NCBI GenBank assembly: GCA_036170245.1
Contig: JAVHOV010000026.1
Location: 1 to 16,366, forward strand
Origin: an archaeon
GTDB lineage: Archaea; Iainarchaeota; Iainarchaeia; Iainarchaeales; JAAZKV01
Direction: 5' to 3'
DNA length: 16,366 nt
Numbering within the stretch: the first letter of the stretch is position 1; each line of letters begins with the position of its first letter. Both the position numbers and the translations under genes were made by a program. Shown here piece after piece: positions 1 through 9,816 of the stretch. Under the pieces are notes generated by a model. It was not told the DNA's origin and did no database searches. It saw nothing but the letters and a program-made list of their open reading frames with translations.

Positions 1-1284
1 CACGAATTGCCAAAAGAATATTATTCAGCAAAAGAATTCCTCTCTTTAGATAATTCAAATTACCAAATGGTTTACTTTCCATTCCATATGTACATTCAAT
101 TCTCTTTTAGTGACTACAAAACAGCCACTCCCTTTGCTTGGTTCTTTAATAAAGAAACAATAGTAGGAACGGATACTATGGCTCATGAATTTGGAGTAAA
201 ACAAATGATTAATGATAACATTAATTCCCAAAACAAAGTAACTTTTTCAAAGCAATTAGCAAAATACAATGTCAAATACATCATTTTGGCCAATGAACTT
301 GATTATTCAAGATATAATTTCTTAGAAAACTCTTTAGGATTTAGTAAAGTCTTTGAAGAAGGATCTTTAAGAATATTTGAAAACCATTGGTGGGAGGAAG
401 AAAAACCAGTTCCAACTCAAACAAATCCCCTTACGTTGGGATTATTTATTCTTTCAATAATTGGATTTATTGGAGGGTGGATTTTCCTTTCAAAAAAACA
501 GAACGAAGATACTTTTGATATGGGGGTTAGTCCATCTCTTTCAACTGATTTTGTTTATGAAGAAGGACTAATTGAAAAAGTTGAAGGATTTTTTGAACCA
601 ATACTAAACGTATTTGGTTTAGTTTGGAATTCTCTCGCGAGCATTTTTATTTCTTCAAACGATTCCTTTGTAGGCCAAAAAGATAAAGTATATTTAAAGG
701 AAATTTTACCAATTATTTTTGAAAAAATTAAAGATACATTCACTCGAAGAAAACTTTCAGTTTTAATTGAATCAAATAACTTCTATTACGTTTCGTTTTC
801 TCTAATAGTATTAGTAATTCTTTCATATTTTACTCTAAACCTAAGCTTAGCCCTCACGTTTCTCTTTCTTAGTTTAATTCTTTCATTCTCCTACTTCAAA
901 TTAGAATTATTGAAAATAATTAACATTGAATTCCCACCAACCAATTGGGACAAACTAAAGGCCATTTTCATTATTTTGTTTGCAATAACTGCCACCTATT
1001 TTTTCTTCCAATGGTTTGGAATAGAAGCATGGTATTTAGTACTAATAACACTCTTCGTTTTACTAACAATCTTCTTTGACATAGATTACAGGATAACAAT
1101 AGCCTCAGCACTTTTAATGCTAGTACTATGCCCGGTTTTATTAATTTTAAAACAAGACAAACTAGCAGAACAAGTAGCAGTATGGGTATACATATTACTA
1201 GTCACTGGTGTAACTTCAGCCATACTTGATTTAATGAAACACCCTAAGGGATGGAAAGAAGAACAAAAAGATTGTGATTTATAA
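1..1284 (+). CDS. C-terminal part of a polytopic membrane protein (GT-C/YfhO-like), starting before the window; extra multi-TM C-terminal block
   Basis: Frame is open from base 1 (HELPKEYY...). The segments LPKEYY...YFP...FFNKETI...LAKYNVKYIILANE align by eye with IPDEYF...SLP...LFSKPVI...LKKTNIKYILVNKD of the 812-aa neighbour. About 7 hydrophobic helices follow. Confidence 0.7.
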   Translation, partial: HELPKEYYSAKEFLSLDNSNYQMVYFPFHMYIQFSFSDYKTATPFAWFFNKETIVGTDTMAHEFGVKQMINDNINSQNKVTFSKQLAKYNVKYIILANELDYSRYNFLENSLGFSKVFEEGSLRIFENHWWEEEKPVPTQTNPLTLGLFILSIIGFIGGWIFLSKKQNEDTFDMGVSPSLSTDFVYEEGLIEKVEGFFEPILNVFGLVWNSLASIFISSNDSFVGQKDKVYLKEILPIIFEKIKDTFTRRKLSVLIESNNFYYVSFSLIVLVILSYFTLNLSLALTFLFLSLILSFSYFKLELLKIINIEFPPTNWDKLKAIFIILFAITATYFFFQWFGIEAWYLVLITLFVLLTIFFDIDYRITIASALLMLVLCPVLLILKQDKLAEQVAVWVYILLVTGVTSAILDLMKHPKGWKEEQKDCDL

Positions 1285-3717
1285 TTTTATTTTAAAATTG
1301 TTAATATTATGTTTTAATTTGTTTTTTTTCACAATAATTTTTTCTTTAATTGTTTCATAAACTTCACTGGTTTTATTTTCAATCAGTTTATTAAAATCAC
1401 TTAATCTTTGTCCTGCTATTAACCAATACATCTTTTCTAATTTCAAAGACCAAGAATCTAACCCTGCTTTCTCTTGCTCATGCTTATGTAATCCAATTAT
1501 CCTTAATTTGTATTCTTTCTCTTGCTTTTTATCAAGCTCATTGAATTTTATATTCCAAACTTTGAAATAAGCTCTATTTCTACGCCAATTGTAAAATAAA
1601 TAAAACAAACAAACAATTAATGTAAGTCCAGAAATGATTAACCCTAAATAAAAATAACTTTGCAACTTAAAATACAATACAACTTGGATATTAATCGAAC
1701 CATCCGGATTTAGCCCATAATATTTATCAGGAAAATTTGATTTAATATAATTTACATCAAGTTGCCAATTATTCGCATATTCATAAATTTTTTTATGAGT
1801 GTTATCAAAAATTGAATTTTCCAATAAGTAATTAATTTCGCCCCCCTCAAAAAATTGAGTGTTATAAATAATTTCGTTTTGTAATAAATTAAAATCTTGT
1901 GTTTTCTTTATCTTGTAAGGATTTAAAAATAACTTGAAATTAGAATTAAAATTTTGCAAAAAAATCAAATTATTGTTTTTATCAGGCCATATTTTAAGAT
2001 TGATAATGTATTTTGTGGAGTTAATTCTTTTAAAATTGTAGGGCGCGTCCGATAAAATTATTTGTTCACTATTTTGCAATTTATATAAAATAAAATAATC
2101 ATTTTCTTGAATTTTATTTATATCACTAAATTTGAGTATGCAATCATTTATTTTATTATAATCTAAAAGAGTTTTACTAAAAACATTTGTTTTATCTTTA
2201 TTAACTAATATATATTTAATATTTGTTTTTTTTAGGATAGTATTAAAATCCTTTGGACAATTTTGACTAAACATTGTTTCAAAGGTAATATTCTTAGTGT
2301 GTAATTGTAATGAAGCTCTATCAAAAATTACTGGTTTCGAAAATAACCCATCCATAATATAATAAGATTGCCTAAAATCAGAACTATTGGGGGTAGTCCA
2401 AGAATAATTTTCATAATCATTTGTAGGCAGAGATAATATGGAAAATTGTTGATAGTCATTTTGAAATATTTTATCTAAATTAAAATATTCATCAGGTATA
2501 CTATATGCTTTAACATATCCATTATAATCCCCACTAACTACAGCAAAATGAGATAAAAGAATTAAAATACCGAGTAGTATTAAGAAAATATTTGATAAAT
2601 TTTTATTATACTTAATTTTTTTGTAAAATAAACTAACAAAAATTAAATAGGTTAGGGGAATTATTATTAAAAATCGTGGAAAACTTCTAAAAAAGCCAAA
2701 AAAAGGCACAGTATTAAACATATATTCAAATATTTTTCCAGTTATAACTCCTACAGGCCCTAATGAAAAAATAAAAAAAGCCAAAAAAAGGATTGAAGAT
2801 AATAAAACTAATTTATTCTTGTTTAAAATAAGTATTGTAAATATACTAATTAACAATAATAAAATGTAAAATAATTGATTATAACTTGAAAAAAGATTTG
2901 CTGCAACAAAATCAAAATAATGATAAACACTCGTGTGATATAAATAACTTGTTGTTTCTACAAAACCTTTTAGTACGTTATCTAAATTTACTGCAAGATA
3001 AGTTTCTGTTGGAGGTCTGTCTAAACTTCCTTGTATAAAGGGCAATACAATAAAACAATTTAATAATAAAATCAATAAAACTACAAATATAATTCTGTTT
3101 AAATTTTTTTTATTGTTGTAAATTGAAATTATAATTAAAGTTAAAATATATACAAATAAAAAGAATAAGTGATAGGATAATAATGAAAAAAGTGCAATGC
3201 GAATAATTTGTTTAACGGACAGTGTGTCTCTTTTTTTCACCATAATTTCATTTAATAATAATAATAATGCAATTTCAGCAAAATAAAAATAGTTTCCCCC
3301 AAAAATAAAATATTCACTAGCCAAATTATTAACTAATAAAAATAAACTCGACAATAACCCGAAAACCCAACTATCACTTAATCTCGAAAAAAATAAATAG
3401 CTAATTATTGATACAAAAAAAATTGGAAGTATAAAATATAAATATGCTGCAATGTTTAATGGAAATAATGTGCCAAATAAATATTGTATAAAACTTTCTG
3501 GAAAGTACAAGAAAATATTATTTGTTTGATTTTCGCCAAAATAATTTTCAGACCAAGTAGTTGCTGTGTCAAATATATTTTTATTTAAATTAATTGGAAA
3601 AGTATAGTCTCCGTGTACAATTAACCCATCATTAAAATCAATTTTCGACGTAATTATAATTATGGCTAGTAAAATGCAAACTATTGCAAAAAAAAAATGA
3701 TTTATTTTTTTAGACAT
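1279..3717 (-). CDS. Large polytopic membrane protein, putative GT-C fold glycosyltransferase (YfhO/AftD-like)
   Basis: 812 aa. TM1 is followed by an HGDYTFP loop (acidic loop typical of GT-C), then about 11 TM helices including PFFGFFRSFPRF, a soluble domain with NIKYILV and H..YEYANNW motifs, and a late TM. Lies in a glycan locus. Confidence 0.7.
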   Translation of the reverse strand: MSKKINHFFFAIVCILLAIIIITSKIDFNDGLIVHGDYTFPINLNKNIFDTATTWSENYFGENQTNNIFLYFPESFIQYLFGTLFPLNIAAYLYFILPIFFVSIISYLFFSRLSDSWVFGLLSSLFLLVNNLASEYFIFGGNYFYFAEIALLLLLNEIMVKKRDTLSVKQIIRIALFSLLSYHLFFLFVYILTLIIISIYNNKKNLNRIIFVVLLILLLNCFIVLPFIQGSLDRPPTETYLAVNLDNVLKGFVETTSYLYHTSVYHYFDFVAANLFSSYNQLFYILLLLISIFTILILNKNKLVLLSSILFLAFFIFSLGPVGVITGKIFEYMFNTVPFFGFFRSFPRFLIIIPLTYLIFVSLFYKKIKYNKNLSNIFLILLGILILLSHFAVVSGDYNGYVKAYSIPDEYFNLDKIFQNDYQQFSILSLPTNDYENYSWTTPNSSDFRQSYYIMDGLFSKPVIFDRASLQLHTKNITFETMFSQNCPKDFNTILKKTNIKYILVNKDKTNVFSKTLLDYNKINDCILKFSDINKIQENDYFILYKLQNSEQIILSDAPYNFKRINSTKYIINLKIWPDKNNNLIFLQNFNSNFKLFLNPYKIKKTQDFNLLQNEIIYNTQFFEGGEINYLLENSIFDNTHKKIYEYANNWQLDVNYIKSNFPDKYYGLNPDGSINIQVVLYFKLQSYFYLGLIISGLTLIVCLFYLFYNWRRNRAYFKVWNIKFNELDKKQEKEYKLRIIGLHKHEQEKAGLDSWSLKLEKMYWLIAGQRLSDFNKLIENKTSEVYETIKEKIIVKKNKLKHNINNFKIKL

Positions 3718-4829
3718 ATTTGATCAATAATATCTCTTTTTTCAATAAATCTTTTTTGATGTAATAAAATTGAGTTTTTTGAGTACATTGAATAATTATT
3801 TAATATCTTTATAATGGCACTAGCATATTCATTTGAATCCATTTCACAAATTATGCCTGGGTTATATTTAGTTATATCATCAATTGTGGCATGGTTTTTT
3901 GTAGTAATAATTGGTAACCCAAATGCAAAAAATTCTCTGCATTTAGCGCTATCTCCATAAAGATTAAAGGCCCATTTTTTTGTGTATAATGCTAAGCCAA
4001 TTCCTGAGTTTGAAATTAATTTTAGAGCCATATTATGGGGTTTACGACCAACAAATTCTATTAAATTATTTATTTTTAAAATTCTAGTTTTATTGATTAG
4101 TTCTTGCTTTTTGGGACCATCGCCAACAATTATTAATTTAACAGGGTATTTCTTTGATACTTTTTTTATGGCTATAAAAAGATTATCAAAATCTAATTGT
4201 TCACTTAATTGGCCCAGCGTAATTAAAGTAAATCTATTTTTTTTTGTTTTAACCGAATTTGAAAGCATACAAGGAATATTTGGGACAACAAATAATTTTT
4301 GTTTTATTATTCCTTGGTGAATTCTTACTTTAAGTATCTTTTTGGAAACATTCCAAACATAATCTGAATTCTTTGCACTAAATAAATCTACTGAGTGATA
4401 TATTTTATTTAATAAAGGGTTATCAAATCTTTTTTTACTATAATCAGGAGTGTGAAAGATAGTTTTCTTGACCAATCCAATTTTTTTAAACAATACTCCA
4501 ACAAAAGCATTTAAAGGATCTATTCCTATAAAACAATCAATTTTTTCTTTTCTCTTTATGGAAAAAATATATAAAATAGTAGTTATAATTTCTGAAACAT
4601 ATCTAAATGGAACAATTTTAATATGAATTGGAAGTTTCTCAGTTTTAATTAATTTTCCGCAAGTATAATAGTTTACTAAAGAATTAATTTTTGGGTCCAT
4701 TGAATGAACTATTTGAATTATATTAACTTTTTTATCACTTAAAAAATCTATTAAATTTGATGCATTGGCTTCAATAAAGATATTATTAATTATTTGCCCA
4801 TGCCCTGAAATTATTATCATATTAAACAC
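3702..4829 (-). CDS. Glycosyltransferase family 4 (GT-B)
   Basis: LIIVGDGP, IEFVGRKPH and SAKCREFFAFGLPIITT (K..E..A.G.P.I.T) motifs. Start may be the ATG at 4820. Confidence 0.9.
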   Translation of the reverse strand: MFNMIIISGHGQIINNIFIEANASNLIDFLSDKKVNIIQIVHSMDPKINSLVNYYTCGKLIKTEKLPIHIKIVPFRYVSEIITTILYIFSIKRKEKIDCFIGIDPLNAFVGVLFKKIGLVKKTIFHTPDYSKKRFDNPLLNKIYHSVDLFSAKNSDYVWNVSKKILKVRIHQGIIKQKLFVVPNIPCMLSNSVKTKKNRFTLITLGQLSEQLDFDNLFIAIKKVSKKYPVKLIIVGDGPKKQELINKTRILKINNLIEFVGRKPHNMALKLISNSGIGLALYTKKWAFNLYGDSAKCREFFAFGLPIITTKNHATIDDITKYNPGIICEMDSNEYASAIIKILNNYSMYSKNSILLHQKRFIEKRDIIDQICLKK

Positions 4830-4953
4830 TAAATAGTTTTATCAACTAAAAGCATTTAAAGAGTTAATTAATTATAAAAACTACATTAAAAAGCTTTAAT
4901 TTATAAAACTTGAGGTATTAAGTTATATTTAGAAAAACTAGTGGGTGTTAGTT

Positions 4954-5964
4954 GTGTTAAATAATAAAGTAATATTTATTACGGGTGGAACTGGTTCTTG
5001 GGGTCATGAGCTTGTTAAACAAATTTGTGAAAAGTTCCCTGATTTTAAAGAATTGAGAATTTATTCAAGAGGGGAACACAAACAAGTAGAAATGAGGCGC
5101 GAATATCCAAATGACAAAATAAGATTTATAATTGGTGACGTTCGTGATAAGAATATTCTTGATTTAGCAATGAAAAATGTAGATATTGTTTTTCATCTCG
5201 CCGCATTAAAGCACGTTCCTGTTTGTGAAGACAATAGTTGGGAAGCAGTTCTAACAAACATTAATGGTACACAAAATGTGATTGAATGTGCTATTAAAAA
5301 TAATGTAAAATATGTCGTGGATGTTTCTACAGATAAAGCTGTTGATCCTTTTAATTTATATGGAGTTACAAAAGCGTGTGGGGAAAAATTAATGATAAAC
5401 TCAAATTTTAATTATATCCACACTATGCATGCCACTAAGTTTTTGTGTATACGTGGAGGTAATGTAATGGGAACAAATGGGAGTGTTATTCCTTTATTTA
5501 AAAAACAAATATTAGAAAAAAATGAAATTACTGTGACTAATCCAGATATGACACGGTTTTTAATGAGCACAAGTGAGGCAATAAATCTTATTTTTAAAAC
5601 TATTGAACACGCTGAAGGTGGAGAACTTTTTGTAATGCGAATGTCAGCGGCGAAGTTATCAGTTATTGCAAATACAATGGTAAAACTTTTTGGAAATTCT
5701 AACACAAAAATAACTTATGTAGGTTCTCGTCCAGGAGAAAAATTACACGAGGTTCTTGTTTCAAAAAATGAAATTCAAAACACAAAAATATTTTCAGATA
5801 AATATTTCTTGATATTACCTCAAATAGTAAGTGAGAAATTAGAAAAAAAATATTTACCTTATGAAAAACTTAATCTTTTAGAGTTTAGCTCTTTTAATAC
5901 ATATCAACTTTCAGAAGATGAACTTGAAGGAATATTAAAAAAGGAAAGCTGGTTATGGAAATAA
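4954..5964 (+). CDS. Polysaccharide biosynthesis SDR, UDP-GlcNAc 4,6-dehydratase-like (PseB/CapE/FnlA family)
   Basis: ITGGTGSWG, HLAALKHVP, STDKAVDPFNLYGVTKA, RGGNVMGTNGSVIPLF and RPGEKLHE motifs. GTG 4954 is preferred over 4945 because an SD-like GGGTG lies at 4943-4947. Confidence 0.9.
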   Translation: MLNNKVIFITGGTGSWGHELVKQICEKFPDFKELRIYSRGEHKQVEMRREYPNDKIRFIIGDVRDKNILDLAMKNVDIVFHLAALKHVPVCEDNSWEAVLTNINGTQNVIECAIKNNVKYVVDVSTDKAVDPFNLYGVTKACGEKLMINSNFNYIHTMHATKFLCIRGGNVMGTNGSVIPLFKKQILEKNEITVTNPDMTRFLMSTSEAINLIFKTIEHAEGGELFVMRMSAAKLSVIANTMVKLFGNSNTKITYVGSRPGEKLHEVLVSKNEIQNTKIFSDKYFLILPQIVSEKLEKKYLPYEKLNLLEFSSFNTYQLSEDELEGILKKESWLWK

Positions 5965-6755
5965 TTGGAATTACGGGGGCCAGAGGCTTTGTTGGAAAAA
6001 ATTTAATTAAAGCGTTTGAAGAAAATAATATTAAGTTTGTTTGTTTTGAGAATAATATTCTTAATAAAAATTCTTTGGAAAACTTTTTTATAAAAAATAA
6101 ACCTTCAATTATTATTCATTTAGCGGGGGCTTTTGATCCGCCTTTTGAAAACCAAATAAACGGGAATTTGATTACTACAGGTAATATATTAGAAATTGGT
6201 TCTAAATATGGACTAAAAAAGATTATTTATGCTTCATCATACGCAGTTTATGGGGACGTAAAAAAAAAGCCTTTTGTTGAAACGGACAAGTTAAATCCAA
6301 TAACTTCATATGGTTTATCAAAGGTTTTTGCTGAAAAATGCATTGATTTTTATTCTAAGCAAATGAAAATTAGTTCAATAATTCTAAGATTTTCAAATAT
6401 TTATGGAAATAATAACTCAAAAGGAGTTATATACAATTTTATTGAAGGAATAAAAAATAATAAAAAAATAATTATTAATGGGGATGGAAACCAATCAAGG
6501 AACTTTCTTCATATTGATGATGCTTGCTTAGCAATAATTAAAGCGATAAATTATAAAAAATCTGATATTTTTAATGTGGGCCCAAGTAAAGGGATAACTC
6601 TAAATCAGCTTGCCAAGGAACTTGCAAAGAAATACACTTTTGAAGTAGAATATATTAAATTTGAAAATAAACAAGAAAGCTTGCTTATAGATTCTAAAAG
6701 AGCTTATAAACACCTTAAATTTGTACCAAAATTTGAACAAATACAAATCTATTAA
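5955..6755 (+). CDS. NAD-dependent epimerase/dehydratase (extended SDR)
   Basis: ITGARGFVG, HLAG, ASSYAVYG, YGLSK, LRFSNIYG and GDGNQSRNFLHIDD motifs. Overlaps the upstream gene, suggesting translational coupling. Confidence 0.92.
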   Translation: MEIIGITGARGFVGKNLIKAFEENNIKFVCFENNILNKNSLENFFIKNKPSIIIHLAGAFDPPFENQINGNLITTGNILEIGSKYGLKKIIYASSYAVYGDVKKKPFVETDKLNPITSYGLSKVFAEKCIDFYSKQMKISSIILRFSNIYGNNNSKGVIYNFIEGIKNNKKIIINGDGNQSRNFLHIDDACLAIIKAINYKKSDIFNVGPSKGITLNQLAKELAKKYTFEVEYIKFENKQESLLIDSKRAYKHLKFVPKFEQIQIY

Positions 6756-6814
6756 TTAGTATTCTTGATTTTTGTTTAAATAAACTACTAAATCATCATT
6801 AGGTCATTACATAT

Positions 6815-7645
6815 TTACTTCTGTTTTTCATCACGCAATGCATTAAAAATAAAAAGTTTTAATTTTGATGGGATAAAATATAAGCTTATTTTGTGCCCAG
6901 TTAAGTATAAATTTTCCAGAAAGCCAAATTTGAACTTAAGGTTATTCCTAAATTTTTCTCTAACTGCAATGGATTTTTCTTCCATTACTCTAAGTTTACT
7001 TCCTGTTGCTGATTTTTCATGAAATCTATATTTCAATAAAACCTTTTGAATATTTGCATATTTAAACTTTGTTCCTATCATAAACCATAGATATAGATCT
7101 TCTGAAGGTGGATCAATTTCACTATACAATCCAATTTTATTAAAAACCTCTTTTCTTATTGCTGATACTGGTTGTGCAATTGGGGAACAAAAGAAAATCA
7201 TTTTTCGTAAACTTTCATCATCTTCAGGATATTTTCTTATTGAAGTTTCACTGTTTGAATCATTAAATAATTGAATCCAACTTCCAACAACACCTACTTT
7301 GGAGTGTTTATTCAAATAATCCACTTGCTCTTCAATTCGAGTTGGTAAAGAGATATCATCAGAATCATGAGTAATAATATATTTTCCTTTTGCTAATTTA
7401 ATTCCAACATTGCGTGTTTTAGAAATATAATAATTTACAGGATTCGTAATTATCTTTATTCTTTTATCTTTCTTAGCATACTTTTTTATGATTTCTAGTG
7501 AATTATCAGTGCTTGCATCATTCACTATAATAAACTCAAAATTTTTGTAGGTTTGATTAAGAATGCTTTCAATTGCCTCAGCAACATACTTCTCAGAATT
7601 ATACACGGGCATAACAACAGAAACTAAGGGTTTGTTTGATTTCAT
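6815..7645 (-). CDS. Glycosyltransferase family 2 (GT-A)
   Basis: VSVVMPVYN, IVNDASTD, SKTRNVG, HDSDD (DxD) and SEDLYLW motifs. Confidence 0.95.
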   Translation of the reverse strand: MKSNKPLVSVVMPVYNSEKYVAEAIESILNQTYKNFEFIIVNDASTDNSLEIIKKYAKKDKRIKIITNPVNYYISKTRNVGIKLAKGKYIITHDSDDISLPTRIEEQVDYLNKHSKVGVVGSWIQLFNDSNSETSIRKYPEDDESLRKMIFFCSPIAQPVSAIRKEVFNKIGLYSEIDPPSEDLYLWFMIGTKFKYANIQKVLLKYRFHEKSATGSKLRVMEEKSIAVREKFRNNLKFKFGFLENLYLTGHKISLYFIPSKLKLFIFNALRDEKQK

Positions 7646-8406
7646 TTTTTAACCTCTTCTTTCCACCCAAATTTGTTTTTCCAATATTCTTTTTGGTAGT
7701 ATTTCAAAATTGTGTATCTATATCTTATAGCAAGTGTGTCTATAAACATTCCGTAAATGGATTGTCCGCCTATTCCGCTTCCTGTGAATTGGTATTTAAT
7801 GTAAATCGGAGCTTCAACGAAACGAAAATTATGTTTTTGTGCAAGAAAACATAGTTCCAAGTCAAACGCATATTTCTTTATCATTATCATTGGCATGATG
7901 ATTTCCAAAACTTCTCTTTTCATTAACTTCATTCCGGTTTGAGTGTCTTTAAGAGAAATACCTAAAATCAATCTAGAATAAATTGAGAACCCTTCGCTAA
8001 GAATCTTTCTAATCAAAGGATATTCTACTAAAGAAAAGGAGTGTCTTTTAGACCCAATAACTAAATCCGCATTTGATAAATAAGGAATAAAATTACTTAA
8101 CTGTTCTGGATCAATATCCATGTCACAATCAACGAAAGTAATATATTCTCCTATTGAATGTTCAAACCCATATTTTAATGCATTGCCTTTTCCTTGATTC
8201 TTTTCATACCCCCTTACTTTAATGTGTTCACTCTCAGCTTTTTTTGCTTCCTTAAAAGAATCATCAACAAATCCATCAACAACCGCAATTATTTCAAAAT
8301 TAGGAAATGTTTTACCAATTTTTTTCTCCATTTCAAGCAAATTCTTGAAAATGAATTTCTCCGCCTTGTAAATAGGCACAATTACAGAGAGTTTTTTGTT
8401 CTTCAT
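7642..8406 (-). CDS. Glycosyltransferase family 2, dolichol-phosphate hexosyltransferase-like
   Basis: VVDGFVD, NQGKGNALKYG, FVDCD, VIGSKR, DTQTGMK and YAFDLEL motifs typical of the DPM/DPG synthase-like group. Confidence 0.9.
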   Translation of the reverse strand: MKNKKLSVIVPIYKAEKFIFKNLLEMEKKIGKTFPNFEIIAVVDGFVDDSFKEAKKAESEHIKVRGYEKNQGKGNALKYGFEHSIGEYITFVDCDMDIDPEQLSNFIPYLSNADLVIGSKRHSFSLVEYPLIRKILSEGFSIYSRLILGISLKDTQTGMKLMKREVLEIIMPMIMIKKYAFDLELCFLAQKHNFRFVEAPIYIKYQFTGSGIGGQSIYGMFIDTLAIRYRYTILKYYQKEYWKNKFGWKEEVKK

Positions 8407-8505
8407 TAACTAAAATTTATTGAATAAGGTTACTTAAAGGTTACTAAAGATGAAAAAAGAGTCAATTACAAAATGTACTTAACTAAAATTAGGTGAAGTT
8501 TAAAC

Positions 8506-9756
8506 TTAGTTTAAAACGAGTGATGTGTATTTTATTTTTCCTTTTTTTGAGTCAAAAAACAAATAAATCATTAACATAATTACTGCAATTATGTTAGAAA
8601 TTAACACCATTAACGCAACTTCTGTAAAAGAGGAATGAAATAAAGTAATTAAACTTGTTTCAAGGATAATGAAAAGAATCATTAAAAAAACAAATTTCTT
8701 TCTCTCAACTGCAATAAAGTAATTAATTAATAAAGAGGATATACTAAAAAACGTCATTGTCAACCCAGTTATTATAATAAGTCCTTCAATTCCAGCATAT
8801 TTTGTTCCATAAAGCATAGAAACTACTAAATGAGGAACTAAAAAATATCCAATTAATCCAATTAAAGCTACCCCTAAAGTTATTCCAATTGTTTTAAGCA
8901 AAAATATTCTTGAATCAATATTCTTTGTTTTTTGCTCCATTGCTTTAGGAATAAGAACTATTGCAAGAGAACCCACTAAAAAATAAATTATTTTGCCAAT
9001 TTCTGAAGCAGCTGCATACAAACCAGAATCCACGCCGTTCAAAAAGTGCTGAGCTAATATCAAATCAAGATTAGTCAAAGCATTAAAACAAATAAGAGCA
9101 ACCATTATCCAAATCAAATCATTATTCAAACTAAAATCATATTTCAAAGGTTTTTCTTTGAATTCTTTATTTAAAAAATAAATTGAAACAATTATCCCAA
9201 TTAATCCTCCAATAGCAAAACTAAGTGTAGACCCAACTAAACCATATCCTAAAAATATAGCAGAAACTGCAAAAATTAGTTTACTAAATGCCCCTAAAAA
9301 TCCAGAAACCATTGATTGCCAAAATTTTTGTAAACCATTCAAAGAAGAGGTAACAATTGAACCAACACTTGATCCGATTAGAGATAAGCTAACTAAAATA
9401 ATCAATAATTCAGTTGTGTGTAAAAATCCTGCTAAAAAAGGACTAATTAAAATAAACAATCCAACTAACCCTAATCCAATTAAGAAAAATCTTTTAGTAT
9501 ATTTATTCAACAAAAAGCTAATCTCTTTATTTTTTCCAAGAGTTTTGAGCCTCGCAACTTCTTTATTTATACTCAAACCCACTGCACTAAAAGGAACTCC
9601 AAAAATAGTGATTAATGCAATTAATGTAACTAATTCACCATAAACAACTGGTCCAAGCATTCTTCCTGTAACTATGTGAAAAATATATTGCAGAACTGAA
9701 GCTGCAAAAGAACCAAAAAAAACTATTCCAAAAGATTTCAAAACTGACTTATTCAT
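8506..9756 (-). CDS. wzx: Oligosaccharide flippase (Wzx/MOP superfamily)
   Basis: 416 aa with about 12 TM helices. Motifs GRMLGPVVYG, LNGLQKF, NLDLILAQHFL...SGLYAAA and LYGTKY. Confidence 0.88.
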   Translation of the reverse strand: MNKSVLKSFGIVFFGSFAASVLQYIFHIVTGRMLGPVVYGELVTLIALITIFGVPFSAVGLSINKEVARLKTLGKNKEISFLLNKYTKRFFLIGLGLVGLFILISPFLAGFLHTTELLIILVSLSLIGSSVGSIVTSSLNGLQKFWQSMVSGFLGAFSKLIFAVSAIFLGYGLVGSTLSFAIGGLIGIIVSIYFLNKEFKEKPLKYDFSLNNDLIWIMVALICFNALTNLDLILAQHFLNGVDSGLYAAASEIGKIIYFLVGSLAIVLIPKAMEQKTKNIDSRIFLLKTIGITLGVALIGLIGYFLVPHLVVSMLYGTKYAGIEGLIIITGLTMTFFSISSLLINYFIAVERKKFVFLMILFIILETSLITLFHSSFTEVALMVLISNIIAVIMLMIYLFFDSKKGKIKYTSLVLN

Positions 9757-9816
9757 CTAAAGAATAATACTAAAGGATATTATTAAAACAATCGAAAATT
9801 AAAAAATCAATTCAAA

